This document shows, piece by piece, positions 62,645-64,000 of a stretch of DNA of 64,000 bases. A program made the translations under genes and the position numbers. Location of the stretch: positions 768,001 to 832,000 of the forward strand of contig JAWLHY010000003.1 in NCBI GenBank assembly GCA_041690135.1, given 5' to 3'. The notes beneath the pieces were generated by a model. That model was not told the origin of the DNA and did no database searches. It was given only the letters and a program-made list of their open reading frames with translations. The stretch comes from Armatimonadota bacterium. Its GTDB lineage: Bacteria > Armatimonadota > SYMT01. Position 1 is the first letter of the stretch. Each line of letters opens with the position of its first letter.

Positions 62645-62901
62645 TGGGGTCGCCCCCAGCCCTTGCTTTGGGCCACCGCCCTCCCGCGTGTTAAGCCTCC
62701 GCTCGGCCTTTCACGCTCCCTGCCCGCCAGCGGGCGCCCGTCGCTAGCGGCCGGCTCCGGCGTGCAGCCCAAGACCTGGGCTCCGCGCTGCGGACGGGCG
62801 CTTGGCCTAGTCGTGGCGTGGACGGGCGGCGACCCGACAGCTTCGAGCTATCCCCCCGTCCGGGGAGATCACATGGGCCCGGCGCTGCCGGGCTACGGTT
62901 T
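62645..62901 (-). ncRNA. Candidate structured ncRNA, copy 1
   Basis: Multiple hairpins, a compensatory change versus copy 2, and mismatches that become G-U on the minus strand. Confidence 0.4.
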
Positions 62902-63000
62902 CCGTTCACCCCCATGTGCGTGGGGACCCATTTCCGTGGTCGTTCACCTTGAGGGCACGCAACGGGGTGCGGGTTCAAGGTCTCGATCCGGTTTGGCCGT

Positions 63001-63273
63001 GTGACCTCACCCCAACCCCTCTCCGACGCAGAGAGGGGCTATCGGTGTGTGCCCAAGCCGACGGTGCATTTTCCAGAGATGCCGTCGGCTACGACTGCCG
63101 ACGTCCTGAACTTCCACCAAGCCGCAGCGCAACCGTGACCGTGACCGTGGAGTCTGCGAAGATCAACACCAGTCCTCTACTGCGCGAGGGCTTCCCCCTT
63201 CTCTGCGTCGGAGAAGTTTACGCCCCGCGAGGGTGGGGGACCGAGGGGGATGAGGTTACCGCGGTCACCGCAC
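63001..63273 (+). repeat. REPIN/MITE-like element, copy 3
   Basis: Same architecture as 62216-62487. Confidence 0.85.
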
Positions 63274-63429
63274 TGGTGGACGATGACGTGCCAGCGCCTT
63301 CAGAATCCGGGTGGAACGCTGGTTGTCGTGCCGCAGTTCATCCCCACGTACTTGGGGACAGTTCGCGACTCCCGGGTTGAAGCGTAGGCATAGCCACTTT
63401 AGGTTGGTCCGCTCCCACTACCACTATCA

Positions 63430-63683
63430 TGGGGTCGCCCCCAGCCCTTGCCTTGGGCCGCCGCCCTCACGCGTGTTGGGCCTGCGCTCGCCCTTTCACG
63501 CGCCACCCCTCGGGGGTCCCCGGCGCTAACGGGCGGCTTCGGCGTGCAGCCCAGGACCTGGGCTCCGTGCTGCGACCGGGCACTGGAACCACGCCGGGCG
63601 TGGACGGGCGGCGACCCGGCGTCTTCGAGCTATCCCCCCGTCCGGGGAGATCACAAGGGCCCGGCGTTGCCGGGCTTTGGTTT
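63430..63683 (-). ncRNA. Candidate structured ncRNA, copy 2
   Basis: As copy 1; abuts the terminal repeat of the CRISPR array. Confidence 0.4.
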
Positions 63684-64000
63684 CCGTCCATCCCCACGTG
63701 CGTGGGGACAACTGGGCTCTGCTGGAAGCGTTCGCTGAGACGCCCGGTCCACCGCCACGTGCGTGGGGAAAACATCGGCTGCCGAGATGATGATCTCCAT
63801 GTGTGCGGTCCACCCCCACGTGCGTGGGGATAAGAGCGCCTTCGGGAGTTGGCGCGCTCCGGCGAGCGGTTCACCCCCACGTGCGTGGGGACAAGGCCGT
63901 TGCGGATAAGGCCCGTGTCCAGGCCCACGGTTCACCCCCACGTGCGTGGGGACAAGGACGGTAACACCGAGGGTGAGGCGTACGACGACGGTTCACCCCC
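63684..64000 (-). CRISPR. Type I-E-like CRISPR array, trailer end (continues beyond the window)
   Basis: 29-bp repeat CGGTTCACCCCCACGTGCGTGGGGACAAG at 63684, 63745, 63806, 63867, 63928, 63989 (partial); 32-bp spacers; degenerate on the left. The reverse complement ends in AACCG like I-E repeats. Confidence 0.96.

Larger units (their letters stand above)
62133..63712. repeat. Diverged ~782-bp tandem duplication containing isolated CRISPR repeats
   Basis: Repeats at 62552/63334 and 62902/63684 (offset 782); colinear shared blocks between them. Confidence 0.88.

Noticed and set aside
61022-63941. Many short ORFs in the right-hand non-coding region
   Set aside because: They translate heptamer, REP and CRISPR repeats; frames are not preserved between the duplicated units.

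Overview
High-GC bacterial chromosomal window. Housekeeping genes are gap, pgk, rsmI, xseAB, dnaG-rpoD, pdxA, a parvulin/SurA-type PPIase, a P-type ATPase and a NatAB-like ABC exporter. They are mixed with planctomycete-type DUF1549/DUF1553 (PSCyt/PSD1), DUF1501, WD40-cytochrome and PEP-CTERM genes, a mix compatible with Armatimonadota or a similar lineage (inference only). Accessory content: one complete IS630 element, a PtuA/PtuB (Septu-like) ATPase + HNH pair, a DUF5678/aspartyl-protease pair with a frameshift, and the trailer end of a type I-E-like CRISPR array running off the right edge (no cas genes in the window). The most unusual signals are non-genic. (1) Next to the array, a diverged ~782-bp duplication carries isolated CRISPR repeats exactly 350 bp apart that bracket a conserved, apparently structured ~255-nt element. 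(2) A homologous palindrome/heptamer cassette is inserted in-frame into different loops of two DUF1549/DUF1553 paralogs. (3) A REPIN-like element occurs in three copies, and dense 6-9-mer tandem-repeat mosaics are scattered through the window. All calls come from reading motifs by eye; no searches or folding computations were run.
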